A stretch of 64,000 nt of DNA from Bdellovibrionales bacterium (GTDB lineage: Bacteria > Bdellovibrionota > Bdellovibrionia > Bdellovibrionales > UBA1609): contig JAYUKW010000030.1 in NCBI GenBank assembly GCA_043764155.1, positions 28,603 through 92,602 of the forward strand, in the 5' to 3' direction. The notes below the pieces were generated by a model. It ran no database searches. It had not been told where the DNA came from and saw nothing but the letters and a program-made list of their open reading frames with translations. Within the stretch, counting starts at the first letter, position 1. Every line of letters starts with the position of its first letter. Made by a program: the position numbers and the translations under genes. Shown here in pieces: positions 45,887 to 56,461 of the stretch.

Positions 45887-48800
45887 TTAAGGAATATAAT
45901 ATAAAACAACATGTCCACTTGTACCGGCAGTCGCGTATCTTGAAACACCCGCTGTTCCATTGTAGTCAGGGTCTGTAATATTTGCCGGACTTGTACCCGC
46001 TGTTCCAGACACGGAATAGGTAACACTTGTTGCTGCAGGTGTTGAAAATGTTTTGCAGATTCCAGCCCCACCAAGTAAAAATCCTGAACCGCCCCCGCCA
46101 CCTTTATCACTGAAGCCATCACCACCGCCCCCGCCACCACCGAAATAACCGCCACCACCGCCACCACTTCCTTGATTTGAAGTTCCACCAAGTCCGCCTT
46201 GAAGTACAGATCCTGCAGTCGAACCATTTGAAGGCACAGTTGTCGCTCCACCCGCAAGTTGAGTTCCCCCTTTACCACCGTTAATTGCACTATTTTGAAA
46301 AGATCCCGATCCTCCTGAAGATCCTCCACCTGACCCCCCGTTTCCAGTTAAAGTGCTACCACTTCCAACGGCTCCGGCCCCTCCGCCGCCAGCAATAGCT
46401 AAAGAATTGCCTTGAGTGAATGTGCTAACAAAAAAACCTGAAAGTCCACCGCCAGAACCGGCCCCGCCTCGTCCTGTAAGACCAGAGCCTCCGGCCCCGC
46501 CACCACCGAACGTTGCGGCCCCCCCGGCAGTGATGACTCCACCTAAGCCGCCTCGGCCAACAACAACAAACATAGAAGAATTAAAAGCGCCTTTGTAAGA
46601 CGTAAAGCCACCCGAACCACCTTGAGTTTTTCTAACATCTGCATCCGCAGTTCCTGCCCCACCAGCCGCCGCCCATAATTTTCCATAGATCTGTGTGGGC
46701 ACGGGTGTTGGAATCGCTGGCAATTGGTTAGTTCCAGTGAACGCAAATGCCTGTCGACCAAACCATTTTGTACAGACTTGAGCTGATTCAGTCGAAACTA
46801 AATTTCCCCCGGCAGCACAATTTCTAGCGATATTAGAAACGCAAATCTCATCGTTATAAGCTAAAGTAACTCCCGAAAACGTATTCCAATTCGAAACTGT
46901 AACAGCTCCATAGGTCCCAGACGCACCCGGTGCAGTGAAGGCCGCTGTTTCTAAATTAAAAGTGGATGCCGAAGGGTAACTTGCGATTAAATTCTGTGGA
47001 CCACTATTTAGTCTTAAAAAAATTCTGTATCTCACACTTTGTAAAGCAGACGTGTTGCAAGCAGGATCATAAGTCGAAGCCGAATTACTAAAACCATTCG
47101 GTATTCCTAAACACTGCAACGTTGAATCTGAATTCGGTGTTATATTTGAAACTAGTGCCGTAGGTTGAACTCCAAAAGCAATATTTTCTTGCATAGAAGC
47201 GGACGCTGTTTCAGGTCCTGTTGGGTCTTGATCCGTGATAACCGAATTAAAAGTAATTGTGGAGTTTGCACCCGATGGATTAACTACAAAATTTGGACAA
47301 GAGTAACTACCTGGGCCTCCACCACATAAACAAGTGACACTTGCAGGATTAAGATCGGTTGATGGCGTTGGGGTCACGGTAATACTTGAACCCGCAGATT
47401 CACAAGCTCCACTGATTAAAATATTCGATGATGGTCCATAGGGGCCAAGACCTGGATCAATCAGAGTCAATGTTGGAGACACAACAACACTTGGATCATT
47501 CAATGAGTTGCTATCAGCCACAGGTCCAACACCATTGGCTGTGATAGTAGCAGCAAGTGGCGCGTCTGTGGAAGTGAATGTTACAGAATTTGACGAGCAA
47601 TTGATTTGACCTGCCGAATTGCAATTGCATGTGATCGTTGATGGACTCATTGAGCTGTTTAAATTTGTAACTGTCACAGATGAAGGTGTACTTGCAGGAG
47701 TGCACGAGCCCATATTTGCGGGCAGCGCAGTTAGAACTCTAGGAGTTGGATTTATTGGACCCGTTGTTAAATCTACCGTCGGAGCAAGAATTGGATTTGT
47801 AGTGTTTACGCCTGAAAGAGCTACACTTCCCGTTTGAAAACTTGAAATAGTTGTGACTGCGTTTGCAATTGCACCAGACGATAAACCCAAATTGACCACA
47901 CATTCAAAAGTTAAAGTGCTAGATCCGCCACCTGATGTTATGGTTGGAATCGACCATAAACCCGTGCCTGTATTGTAAGTTCCAACTCCCGCTGTAAAAA
48001 CACCGTTCGTCGTTGTGTTGGTGGGACATAAATCATTTAATTGAACGCTTGTGGCATTTCCAGTTCCGCTATTGCTGGCAAGAATAGTGAAAGTTAAAAT
48101 CTGATTAGAATAAATGCCATCTCCGGGTGAAGCCCCAATTCCATTAATTAGTGAAAGACTTAATGCAACAGAAAGATTAGGAGAAACTGTGGTGACCGAT
48201 TCAGAATCAGTTGCGGTTTCAGAATCTAAATCTGTAACCATCGCTACGAACGTTGGCATTACGCCTGCATTTGTTAACGTATAAGAACCACAGTCAAACT
48301 GACCTATGACTGGTAAACCGCACTGACAGTTTCTTGGACCTGCTGGACTTAAATTTGCGGGTGCAGGATTTGGTACACTGATGTTATCGTTTAAACTTTC
48401 ACAAGTTCCTTGTAGTTGAATCAGATCTCCGACGCTAAAGGGTCCACTTGGTGGAGTGTTTAAATTTATTATTGGAAGAATAACAGCAACAACATTTGAC
48501 GGATCTGTGCTTGTTGAACTTCCATCATTGATAGTGACCAAAAAATTACTATTTTCAGATGTGAAATTAACATTTGGTGCAGCTGAGCAATTTAAAACTC
48601 CGACCCCAGGTCCATTACAAACACAATTTAAAGTTGATGGTGTCATTGAATTTGAAACATCAGAAATAGTGACGCTTGCAGTTGGCGATACGCCCGCGTA
48701 ACTACATGTGCCGAGCGGCATAAACGCCGCACTTGGTCCGCCGGCGAGGGCTGAAGTTGGACCTGTTAGATCAACGGTCGGTAAAATTGTTGGACTATTT

Positions 48801-49201
48801 ATTTGCGAAACATTTGTTCCGTTAGAAAGATCTGTCACAGTGCTGACAACAGAAGGCTGACCTCCATTAGGACCTGTTCCAGAAAAAATAATATTTGTAA
48901 CCGGGTTTGTAAGACTGTCGACACAATTTAATATTAAATTATTCACGCAATCACATGTTAATGCTACCGGAGCAAAATCCCCACTTGGCGCTGATGTAAT
49001 ATTAATATTTGAAGCCCCATTGGGGAAACAACTTCCAGATAACACAACAGACTGACCCACCACTAGACTGGGTGGTAATATTAAGTTCACACTTAACGTA
49101 TTTAAAGCGGCTGTGTAATGTAGATTATTTCCACATCCCAGAATTAAAATTGTAACAAAGGCCACTAAAATTAATTTAAAATATTTTAAAAACATAATCA
49201 C
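45887..49201 (-). CDS. large surface lipoprotein: Cys-bearing Ig-like repeats, DUF11-like domain, C-terminal glycine-rich domain
   Basis: LILGC lipobox; five GxC..CxC..C units; ILTFTILASNSGTGNATSV (DUF11-like); GGxGG-rich C-terminus. Confidence 0.8.
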   Translation of the reverse strand: MIMFLKYFKLILVAFVTILILGCGNNLHYTAALNTLSVNLILPPSLVVGQSVVLSGSCFPNGASNINITSAPSGDFAPVALTCDCVNNLILNCVDSLTNPVTNIIFSGTGPNGGQPSVVSTVTDLSNGTNVSQINSPTILPTVDLTGPTSALAGGPSAAFMPLGTCSYAGVSPTASVTISDVSNSMTPSTLNCVCNGPGVGVLNCSAAPNVNFTSENSNFLVTINDGSSTSTDPSNVVAVILPIINLNTPPSGPFSVGDLIQLQGTCESLNDNISVPNPAPANLSPAGPRNCQCGLPVIGQFDCGSYTLTNAGVMPTFVAMVTDLDSETATDSESVTTVSPNLSVALSLSLINGIGASPGDGIYSNQILTFTILASNSGTGNATSVQLNDLCPTNTTTNGVFTAGVGTYNTGTGLWSIPTITSGGGSSTLTFECVVNLGLSSGAIANAVTTISSFQTGSVALSGVNTTNPILAPTVDLTTGPINPTPRVLTALPANMGSCTPASTPSSVTVTNLNSSMSPSTITCNCNSAGQINCSSNSVTFTSTDAPLAATITANGVGPVADSNSLNDPSVVVSPTLTLIDPGLGPYGPSSNILISGACESAGSSITVTPTPSTDLNPASVTCLCGGGPGSYSCPNFVVNPSGANSTITFNSVITDQDPTGPETASASMQENIAFGVQPTALVSNITPNSDSTLQCLGIPNGFSNSASTYDPACNTSALQSVRYRIFLRLNSGPQNLIASYPSASTFNLETAAFTAPGASGTYGAVTVSNWNTFSGVTLAYNDEICVSNIARNCAAGGNLVSTESAQVCTKWFGRQAFAFTGTNQLPAIPTPVPTQIYGKLWAAAGGAGTADADVRKTQGGSGGFTSYKGAFNSSMFVVVGRGGLGGVITAGGAATFGGGGAGGSGLTGRGGAGSGGGLSGFFVSTFTQGNSLAIAGGGGAGAVGSGSTLTGNGGSGGGSSGGSGSFQNSAINGGKGGTQLAGGATTVPSNGSTAGSVLQGGLGGTSNQGSGGGGGGYFGGGGGGGDGFSDKGGGGGSGFLLGGAGICKTFSTPAATSVTYSVSGTAGTSPANITDPDYNGTAGVSRYATAGTSGHVVLYYIP

Positions 49202-49213
49202 ATCCTAAAAAAA

Positions 49214-49855
49214 TTATTTTGAAATAAACAAAACGCCTTGGGTAGATTTATCAAAAGTAAGACCTGTTTTAAATCCCACATCTAAAGACTTTAATTTTAA
49301 AATTTTTGATTCATCTAAATTTTGCTCTGAATTATTTTGAACAAGAACAGATGCCAATTCCGCTTCAGAGCTAATCAAGTCTTTATTTTTAAAATGTTTT
49401 TTAGCAAAATCTGTTTCTTTAATATAGAGTTTAGGTGCAGTTTCAAAATTACGAACTGAATACAAATTAGAATCAGTATTTTTGTTTTCGTTCAACTCTA
49501 CATATCCCAAAACGCCGCCAGATGGATCAGCTATGACCATCACTTCAGAACCAGATTCGGCTTCAAGCTTATTATTTTCTATGTTTTTATTTAAGTTAGA
49601 TTTATAAATTAAAGACTGATTTTTTAATTCTAAAAAACGTTTTTTTTGGTCTTCACTAACAAACATTATTTTACTTTCATCAAACTCATTTTGTTCTTCA
49701 ACAAAACCGATTACATTATCATATTCAGTGAATCCAGATTTTTGTTTTGAATCCATAAATTTTTCAGGAATTTGTTCTGAAAGAAGCAAACCCCTATGCG
49801 AGCATGAAAGAGAGCTTAAAATAATAAACATTAAAAAAAATTTATTTACATCCAT
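49214..49855 (-). CDS. putative lipoprotein
   Basis: FFLMFIILSSLSC lipobox; overlaps the upstream OmpA-family gene by 14 nt. Confidence 0.7.
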   Translation of the reverse strand: MDVNKFFLMFIILSSLSCSHRGLLLSEQIPEKFMDSKQKSGFTEYDNVIGFVEEQNEFDESKIMFVSEDQKKRFLELKNQSLIYKSNLNKNIENNKLEAESGSEVMVIADPSGGVLGYVELNENKNTDSNLYSVRNFETAPKLYIKETDFAKKHFKNKDLISSEAELASVLVQNNSEQNLDESKILKLKSLDVGFKTGLTFDKSTQGVLFISK

Positions 49856-51293
49856 TAAAACTCTCCTTCAAAGTCACTTTAATCTCAACTCTGCGGTTTG
49901 GTGCTTCTGATTCCGAATCACTTTCAATTTCTGATTGGAGCAACTCTTTTTCTCCGAAACCTTTAATTTCTATATTAGTTTTAATTAAGCCTTTAAATTG
50001 AAAATATTTTTTTGTGTTCACTGCTCGGCTTAAAGCTAAATTAAGATTGTACGTTTCTTCAGATCGGCTTGAAGAATGGCCATGAATTTCAATTTTATCT
50101 ATGTCATCTTTAAAGTATAAAAGGTGTTCCGCTAATTTTTTTATATCTTCGTTCTTTTCGGATATTAAACTTGAATTGTTTTGAAAACGAATAACTGCAA
50201 AGTTAGTCTGACCAAAAATATATCTAGAATCACACGCACCGTTTATATTTAGATCTGTCTTCGATCCCGATTCACTTCGCGAGGCCGTTTCATTTGAATG
50301 TAAATCCGTAGATTCAATACGATTCTTCTGAGTTACGATTAGGGCCCTTAATGGCTTTCTAGGCTGTTGATCAGAATAGCCGATATACTTAAGCCCCGCA
50401 CTAATTCTAAAATCATTACCATCATCGCTTGAAACAAAATTGCCTAAACCAAGACCAGCATATGCATGAAGTCTTTGGTTCAAAGCCCCTGCTGCACCCA
50501 TAAAAAATTCATTTCTTTCTTGGTCGTTGTTAAAAAGATCAAAACTCCATTGTCTTAAAAATTCAAAATTTAAACCCCAAACTCTGTTGATCGGAACATA
50601 AGCCCCCGCGCCGGTCAGCAAAGTACTTCGGTAATCGACTTGAGTATTGCCTAATGAATCTTTATCTATCGCATGACTTGAATTTTGATATCCAATATTT
50701 GCAACAATCTGAACTGATCTGAAAAGATACTCAGCAATAAAGTTAAATCCTAAACCCAACCCTTCATCTGAAAGTGCAGACACTTTAACACCATTCATAT
50801 TTGATGTTGCGATCGCATTTGAAACGTCAAAGTCACCTTGATTTAAATTAATATTTACAAAAGGCGCGATGGCAAACGCCAAACGCTTGTCATTATAAAA
50901 TCTAAATCTTGCTTTTAACTGTGGATCAGAAAAGCCAGAATAGCTTTCATTGTTATTGTCTTTAAAAATATTAAACGCAGTCTCAACACCAACCATAAGC
51001 CAGGGCTTGAAATAATAACCCCCACCTAGGTGGAAACCTTGAATGTACTTTATGAGTTCCTGAAGTTGATCTGAGTTAGATGCATTTTTAACGACTAATG
51101 GGGCATCAACATAAGAGCTTCCGAGGGTTAGTATCCACTTATAGTCGTTTCTAACATATCCGTTGTAAGTTCTAGCATCGTCTAATTTTTCAAAAGTAAG
51201 AGAATTAGACCTGCGAGTTTGTTGCATGTTAATTCCATAAGCGTTTGAGCTAAAAATTAAAAAAAATAAAAAGTAGCTGAATGTATTGATCAA
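49842..51293 (-). CDS. OmpA-family outer-membrane protein (N-terminal beta-barrel + OmpA C-domain)
   Basis: Signal peptide; barrel-type strands; IEIHGH....YNLNLALSRA, KGFGE, NRRVEI. Confidence 0.85.
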   Translation of the reverse strand: MINTFSYFLFFLIFSSNAYGINMQQTRRSNSLTFEKLDDARTYNGYVRNDYKWILTLGSSYVDAPLVVKNASNSDQLQELIKYIQGFHLGGGYYFKPWLMVGVETAFNIFKDNNNESYSGFSDPQLKARFRFYNDKRLAFAIAPFVNINLNQGDFDVSNAIATSNMNGVKVSALSDEGLGLGFNFIAEYLFRSVQIVANIGYQNSSHAIDKDSLGNTQVDYRSTLLTGAGAYVPINRVWGLNFEFLRQWSFDLFNNDQERNEFFMGAAGALNQRLHAYAGLGLGNFVSSDDGNDFRISAGLKYIGYSDQQPRKPLRALIVTQKNRIESTDLHSNETASRSESGSKTDLNINGACDSRYIFGQTNFAVIRFQNNSSLISEKNEDIKKLAEHLLYFKDDIDKIEIHGHSSSRSEETYNLNLALSRAVNTKKYFQFKGLIKTNIEIKGFGEKELLQSEIESDSESEAPNRRVEIKVTLKESFNGCK

Positions 51294-51673
51294 TTAAACC
51301 TCATTTCGAATTTAATTTTTAATCTAATTTCTAATTTCTAATTTAAAATAACCCGACGCCATTTCTGCTAAATTATTGTATTTTTGAAATAGCTCTAATT
51401 AGTTCTAAATAATGCGACTAATAACTTATCGACCTAGTAGTCATATTCTTAAGAATATATTAAGAAAAAGCAGATTTTTCTTAATAATCTTAAGATTTCT
51501 AGTCTATAGACCTGCGGCTCGACCTTGGTCATTTTTTATTATTTTTTTAATTTTAATGGCGAATATTGCTTACATTTATTGCAACAAAGACAATAAATCC
51601 TAGCAGTTGCTACATCAAAGCTTGTTTATTATAACTACGTAATAATTTTACTATTTTTAAAAAGGGATATCTA

Positions 51674-54496
51674 ATGGGGTCAACCACAATTAAGAAAGCA
51701 GCAGAAAGCTCGGCTATTAAAACCGTCATCATTGATGCTAAAGAAAAATCGATTGTAACATCTATTATTAGGCGCGCTCATTACTTGGCCAACCAAATGA
51801 TTTATCAAGCCAACAACAGAAAAGATAAAGAAAAAGGTGATCCAAAAATTGGTGGTCATTCTTCTGGAAGCTCAAGCTCAATTCATATTTTAGGGGCACT
51901 TTATTTACTTTCAAAAAATAGTTTTGATCACATTGCGAATAAACCTCATGCGTCGCCTGCGGATCATTCATTTAATTACTTGTTAGATTTATTTTTAAAA
52001 AATGATTTAACAAAAATGTCGTTAGACGAATGTGATCAAGCGATGATGGGACTTCGTGCTTTTTCAAAAAATGGTGAACCCGTGTTTCAATCCTACCATT
52101 CTGCGTGGGACCCAGATCAGCACAACTTTTTTCCCTCGGGAACTGTAGGGATTCCTCCTGTGAAAGCAGGTTACTTAGCCTTAGCTTACAGGTATGCAAA
52201 AAAACATGGTTACAATGTTCCCGATGCTCACTTTTGGTGTATCATTGGAGATTCTGAATTCCGCGAAGGATCTTTATTTGAAGCCGTTCCTGATTTTGCC
52301 GAACGACAAATCGGTAATTTAACGTGGGTCATTGATTACAATCGTCAAAGTTTAGATGGTCACCGTATTACAAACACTGAAGCCTTAAACGGAACTGACG
52401 CGAAACGAATTGAAGCCACTATGCTAGCTAACGGCTGGGAAGTGATTCAAGTTCAGCACGGTAGAAAAAGAAAAGCTTTATTTGAAAAGCCAAATGGTGA
52501 AACATTTAAAACTTGGTTTGAAGCAGAGCTGACAGATTACGATCTTCAAACTTTGCTTTTAGTGACCAATGCCGAAGAGCTTAAAAAGAATTTACTTAAA
52601 ATTAAAAACATTGAAAAATTTGTTTCAGCTCAAACGTCTAAAGACCTATTAGAAGGTTTAAGAGATATGGGTGGACACGATGTTGAAGAGATCTTTGCTG
52701 CTTATGAAGCGTCTAAAAAATCCTTAAACCGTCCGACGACCATTATTGCTCACACCATTAAAGGTTGGGGTTTAGAAATGGCGGCGACCAGTGGCAACCA
52801 CTCAGCCTTGCCGTCAGAAGAAGAAATGCAAACCCTTAAAGACGCTTTAGGCTTTAAAGGTAAAGGTTTGTTTGAACGTTTTGATTCTAAATCAGACGAA
52901 GGTGTTTATTTAAAAAAACGTGGTGAAAAATTATACTCTGAAATTTTAAAGCAAGAGGAAATCAGAAAAACAAATCAAAAGTTATTTAAAGATAAAGTGT
53001 CTGAAATTCCAAATACAATGGATATCAATTTAAAAATGGCAAGTTACCCCCACACCCAGTGGATGTTGGGACAGTTAACAGCAAAGCTGACTCGTATTGC
53101 AAACACCGCGGATGTTAAAACATTAGGAAGCGGCGAACATGTCTGGAGGACACCGTCTGAATTGATGATCTCAATGGCGCCCGATGTGGGCACGTCAACG
53201 AACTTAAATCCTGCGATGGACGGAAAGATCTTTAGTGCTTTAGATGTTGAAGACATTGAAAGTCAGCGCGGTGTGAAAGACAAAAAAACTCCTGACCTAA
53301 TTCCGGGTGAAGATACGTCTGACCGTTTTTTAAGATTCGAAATTGCAGAAGCCAATGTGATGTCCTGTGCGGGAAGCTTTGGTCGGATGCGTGATCTATT
53401 AGGAATTCCAATTTTTCCATTGATGACCGTCTATGACTTTTTTATTAAACGCGCCTTGGATCAGTACTTTTACAATATGTATTGGAAGTCGTCTTTCTTT
53501 TTAGGTGGAACTCCATCGGGCGTAACACTGTCCCCAGAAGGGGCCCAGCATGGTTGGAAGTCTGACATTCAAGTGCCAAACCAAATCACATGGGAGCCCT
53601 TCTTTTGCCAAGAATTAGATTGGATTTTTTGTGACGCTTTAAAACGCCATTTTGGTTATGACAACACAGAAAGAAATGGAGTTGTTTTTCGTGGGGTGAC
53701 TCGCGGTGTCGAACAGAAAGATTTTTCAAAATATTTAAAAACTCAGAAACGCTTTAAAATCAATTCTGCTCAAATACTTTCACACAAAGACTATAATGTT
53801 TCAGGCACTGTGAATGAAGCTGAAGTTGGAAACATTGATGAAGCTCAAATGTGGGAGATCATTCGTCAAGAAGTTTTAAGTGGCGCTTATCCATTAATAA
53901 ATTACGAAGGGTACGGCGAATATATTCCTGGCGACAATGTTGTAAATATTTTTGCAATGGGGTCCTTGGGAACTGAGGCGATTAAAGCGTCTAACGACCT
54001 TTTAAAGAAAGGTATTTATGCCAACGTCTACATTGTGACTTCACCTGATTTACTAGCTGGACACATAGGTTATAAAAATAACTACGCGTATTTAAAAGAC
54101 GGTCTTGGTGTTAATTCTGATCTCTATTTATTTCCGAATAATAAATCTGCTTCCAGTGTTGCAGAAGCCCAAACATTTTCTGGTCGACGAGTCCCTATTG
54201 TTAGTGTTCACGACGGCGAAGCGGGCTTATTAGATAATTTAGGATCAATCGTTGGCGTGAAACATGAATCCTTAGCTGTCAGAAAACATTCTAAATGTGG
54301 AACACCAAGGGACATCTATAAGTATCACGGGATTGATGCAGATTCGGTCGTAAAAGCTTGCGGAAAAGTTTTATCTGAAACCGCCTTGGAGCAAGTTCAG
54401 ATTTACTTAAACGCGGGAGCAACAGTTAAAAAAGCTGAACAGTTTCAACCGCAAATCAAAAGAAATGACGTCGACTGGTCCCATCTTTGGAATTAA
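51674..54496 (+). CDS. aceE: pyruvate dehydrogenase E1 component (homodimeric AceE type)
   Basis: KIGGH, KPHASP, FQSYH, GDSEFREG..DYNRQSLD, HTIKG, EIAEAN, YDFF, GVTLSPEGAQH. Confidence 0.8.
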   Translation: MGSTTIKKAAESSAIKTVIIDAKEKSIVTSIIRRAHYLANQMIYQANNRKDKEKGDPKIGGHSSGSSSSIHILGALYLLSKNSFDHIANKPHASPADHSFNYLLDLFLKNDLTKMSLDECDQAMMGLRAFSKNGEPVFQSYHSAWDPDQHNFFPSGTVGIPPVKAGYLALAYRYAKKHGYNVPDAHFWCIIGDSEFREGSLFEAVPDFAERQIGNLTWVIDYNRQSLDGHRITNTEALNGTDAKRIEATMLANGWEVIQVQHGRKRKALFEKPNGETFKTWFEAELTDYDLQTLLLVTNAEELKKNLLKIKNIEKFVSAQTSKDLLEGLRDMGGHDVEEIFAAYEASKKSLNRPTTIIAHTIKGWGLEMAATSGNHSALPSEEEMQTLKDALGFKGKGLFERFDSKSDEGVYLKKRGEKLYSEILKQEEIRKTNQKLFKDKVSEIPNTMDINLKMASYPHTQWMLGQLTAKLTRIANTADVKTLGSGEHVWRTPSELMISMAPDVGTSTNLNPAMDGKIFSALDVEDIESQRGVKDKKTPDLIPGEDTSDRFLRFEIAEANVMSCAGSFGRMRDLLGIPIFPLMTVYDFFIKRALDQYFYNMYWKSSFFLGGTPSGVTLSPEGAQHGWKSDIQVPNQITWEPFFCQELDWIFCDALKRHFGYDNTERNGVVFRGVTRGVEQKDFSKYLKTQKRFKINSAQILSHKDYNVSGTVNEAEVGNIDEAQMWEIIRQEVLSGAYPLINYEGYGEYIPGDNVVNIFAMGSLGTEAIKASNDLLKKGIYANVYIVTSPDLLAGHIGYKNNYAYLKDGLGVNSDLYLFPNNKSASSVAEAQTFSGRRVPIVSVHDGEAGLLDNLGSIVGVKHESLAVRKHSKCGTPRDIYKYHGIDADSVVKACGKVLSETALEQVQIYLNAGATVKKAEQFQPQIKRNDVDWSHLWN

Positions 54497-54544
54497 GAAA
54501 CAAAGAAAAGGCGTGAGCTAGATTGCGCTAAATGGGTTTTAAAT

Positions 54545-55372
54545 ATGAATGATAATTTTAAAACGCCATTTAGTGATCTTAAAAATAAAACAAATCGAAT
54601 TAAGGATTGGTACAGTCCTGAGTTCGTAACTATTTTTGGTGAAGTCTTAAATCAGAAAGGCAAAACTTTAGACTCTAAAAAATTCCTTACATCCTATTCA
54701 AAATCATATAAAACCCTTGAAATGAAATCACGGGTTAAACTCATTGCTGAACTTGTTAATACACATATCGAAGGTGATTTTAAATTTAAGCTAAGCGCTT
54801 TAAATAAACTCATGTTTAAAGAGTGGCCGCATGAAGAGGGCATGATGAACTACGGTTTTTATCTTTATCCTGTGGCTCAATTTGTTGAAGACTATGGTCA
54901 CCAAGATGTTCATGCCTCATTAGATTTTATTAAATTGATAACGAAAAGATTCACAGGTGAATTTGCAATCCGTCCCATCGCTAATGCACATCCCGAACTG
55001 ACGTTAAAGACAATGAAGCTCTGGTCTAAAGATAAGAATTTTCACGTTAGACGACTGGCATCTGAAGGCTTAAGAGCCAAACTTCCATGGGGGATGAAGA
55101 TCAAATGGGTTCATGAAAATCCTGAAAAGACTTTACCCATTTACAATGCCTTAAGAAATGACCCCTCACTGTATGTTCGCAGATCTGTTGCGAATTCCAT
55201 GGGGGATATAATAAAAATTAACGAACCTTTGGCTTATAAGACTTTGCAAGACTGGCTTTCAAAAAAACAAACGCCAGAAAATATTTGGGTGATCAAACAT
55301 GCGATTCGTCACCCAGCAAAGAAAAAGATCAAAAAGTATTTAGATCTTCGAATTAAATTAAAAACGCTATAA
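54545..55372 (+). CDS. DNA alkylation repair protein (AlkC-like HEAT-repeat glycosylase)
   Basis: TKRFTGEFAIRP, HVRRLASEG.R..LPW, DPSLYVRRSVAN. Confidence 0.88.
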   Translation: MNDNFKTPFSDLKNKTNRIKDWYSPEFVTIFGEVLNQKGKTLDSKKFLTSYSKSYKTLEMKSRVKLIAELVNTHIEGDFKFKLSALNKLMFKEWPHEEGMMNYGFYLYPVAQFVEDYGHQDVHASLDFIKLITKRFTGEFAIRPIANAHPELTLKTMKLWSKDKNFHVRRLASEGLRAKLPWGMKIKWVHENPEKTLPIYNALRNDPSLYVRRSVANSMGDIIKINEPLAYKTLQDWLSKKQTPENIWVIKHAIRHPAKKKIKKYLDLRIKLKTL

Positions 55373-55375
55373 TCA

Positions 55376-56212
55376 CTATTCAGCGATATATACTTTCCAT
55401 AATAAAAATGGATTTAAAAATCCAAATAAACCTAGCTCTTCTCCGCCAATTGGGACAGCAGCTATTGGCGGCTCTAATGGAGGATTTGGATTGCCGGGAT
55501 TTCCAGGACCGCAGAAAAAACAAGGGTTAGGCAAAACTGGATTGAAAGGGTTATTTGGTGGCTGGGTAAAAATTGTTGTTGGTGGATTTGAAGTCGGTGG
55601 TAAAAGGATTGCTGTAACAGAATCAGGATTAGGTTCAATTGGTTTTAGGCTTACTAAAACAGATTTTGGAGCCCAAAAACAACCACAATTTAAATTCGAA
55701 GTCAGACCATCAAACAAATTTTTATCATCAAAAATATCTGACATTTCAATTGAGGCGTCATCCAAAACATAATTTTTTCCATCATCACAAGAATAAAAAT
55801 TCTCATCAGGGGAAACCAAGGTATCTTGAAGTTTTACAAACTTAATTTTAGCAGATGAACTTGTTAAATCCATACTGAGATTTGCTTCTATATGTTTACC
55901 CACAATATCATCACTATGTGCTGTGGCTTTATTTGTCTGCATTTCTTTTGTGACCAAAAACCCAGGACTCTCAACTATGACCCTCTTTTCTTGATTATCT
56001 ATGTACTCATCATTTTTTTCTAAGAAAACAACATTTTCTTCTGGAAGCACTGAACATTCAGTCGCTTCAGCACATCTAAATTTAACTTCTAAGATCGGCT
56101 GATCAATTGGAATATGTAAAGTCTTGGCAAAAGAACTTTGGTAACTCATTCCAAATATCAGAACTATTGATTGTGTTAATATTTTTAAAAGTCTTAAGTT
56201 TATTGATTTCAT
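55376..56212 (-). CDS. exported Cys-containing protein with Pro/Asn-rich linker and VP-initiated hydrophobic C-terminus
   Basis: Signal peptide ..SFA; PPTSNPP..PGNPGNPNPP; ends AAVPIGGEELGLFGFLNPFLLWKVYIAE. Confidence 0.65.
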   Translation of the reverse strand: MKSINLRLLKILTQSIVLIFGMSYQSSFAKTLHIPIDQPILEVKFRCAEATECSVLPEENVVFLEKNDEYIDNQEKRVIVESPGFLVTKEMQTNKATAHSDDIVGKHIEANLSMDLTSSSAKIKFVKLQDTLVSPDENFYSCDDGKNYVLDDASIEMSDIFDDKNLFDGLTSNLNCGCFWAPKSVLVSLKPIEPNPDSVTAILLPPTSNPPTTIFTQPPNNPFNPVLPNPCFFCGPGNPGNPNPPLEPPIAAVPIGGEELGLFGFLNPFLLWKVYIAE

Positions 56213-56461
56213 AATTTACTTCCGAATAAAGAAAAGGGTTAATAATTAAAAAATGAGCTTAAATAACTAAATTATTCAAATTTTGATCTTGAAAAGTTAT
56301 AAATTCATGATCATAGAGAGTCCACGTTTATAGCAGAAGTGCTTTTGGAATTTGTAAATGATACAAAATTTATTCCCATTTATAGGTCAAAAACAGGTCA
56401 GTTAATTCAATCTAGATTGTAAAAGATGATTTCATTTAAGAATTAATATAATTATTAAAAT

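Noticed and set aside
45841-46329. 162-aa alternative-frame ORF within the glycine-rich domain
   Set aside because: GGN codon runs suppress stops in the neighbouring frame; no independent coding evidence
51412-51603. 63-aa ORF and AT-rich hairpin (TATTAAGAAAAA/TTTTTCTTAATA, 51458-51486) upstream of aceE
   Set aside because: No RBS or motif for the ORF; the hairpin is almost all A/T and cannot be assigned a function
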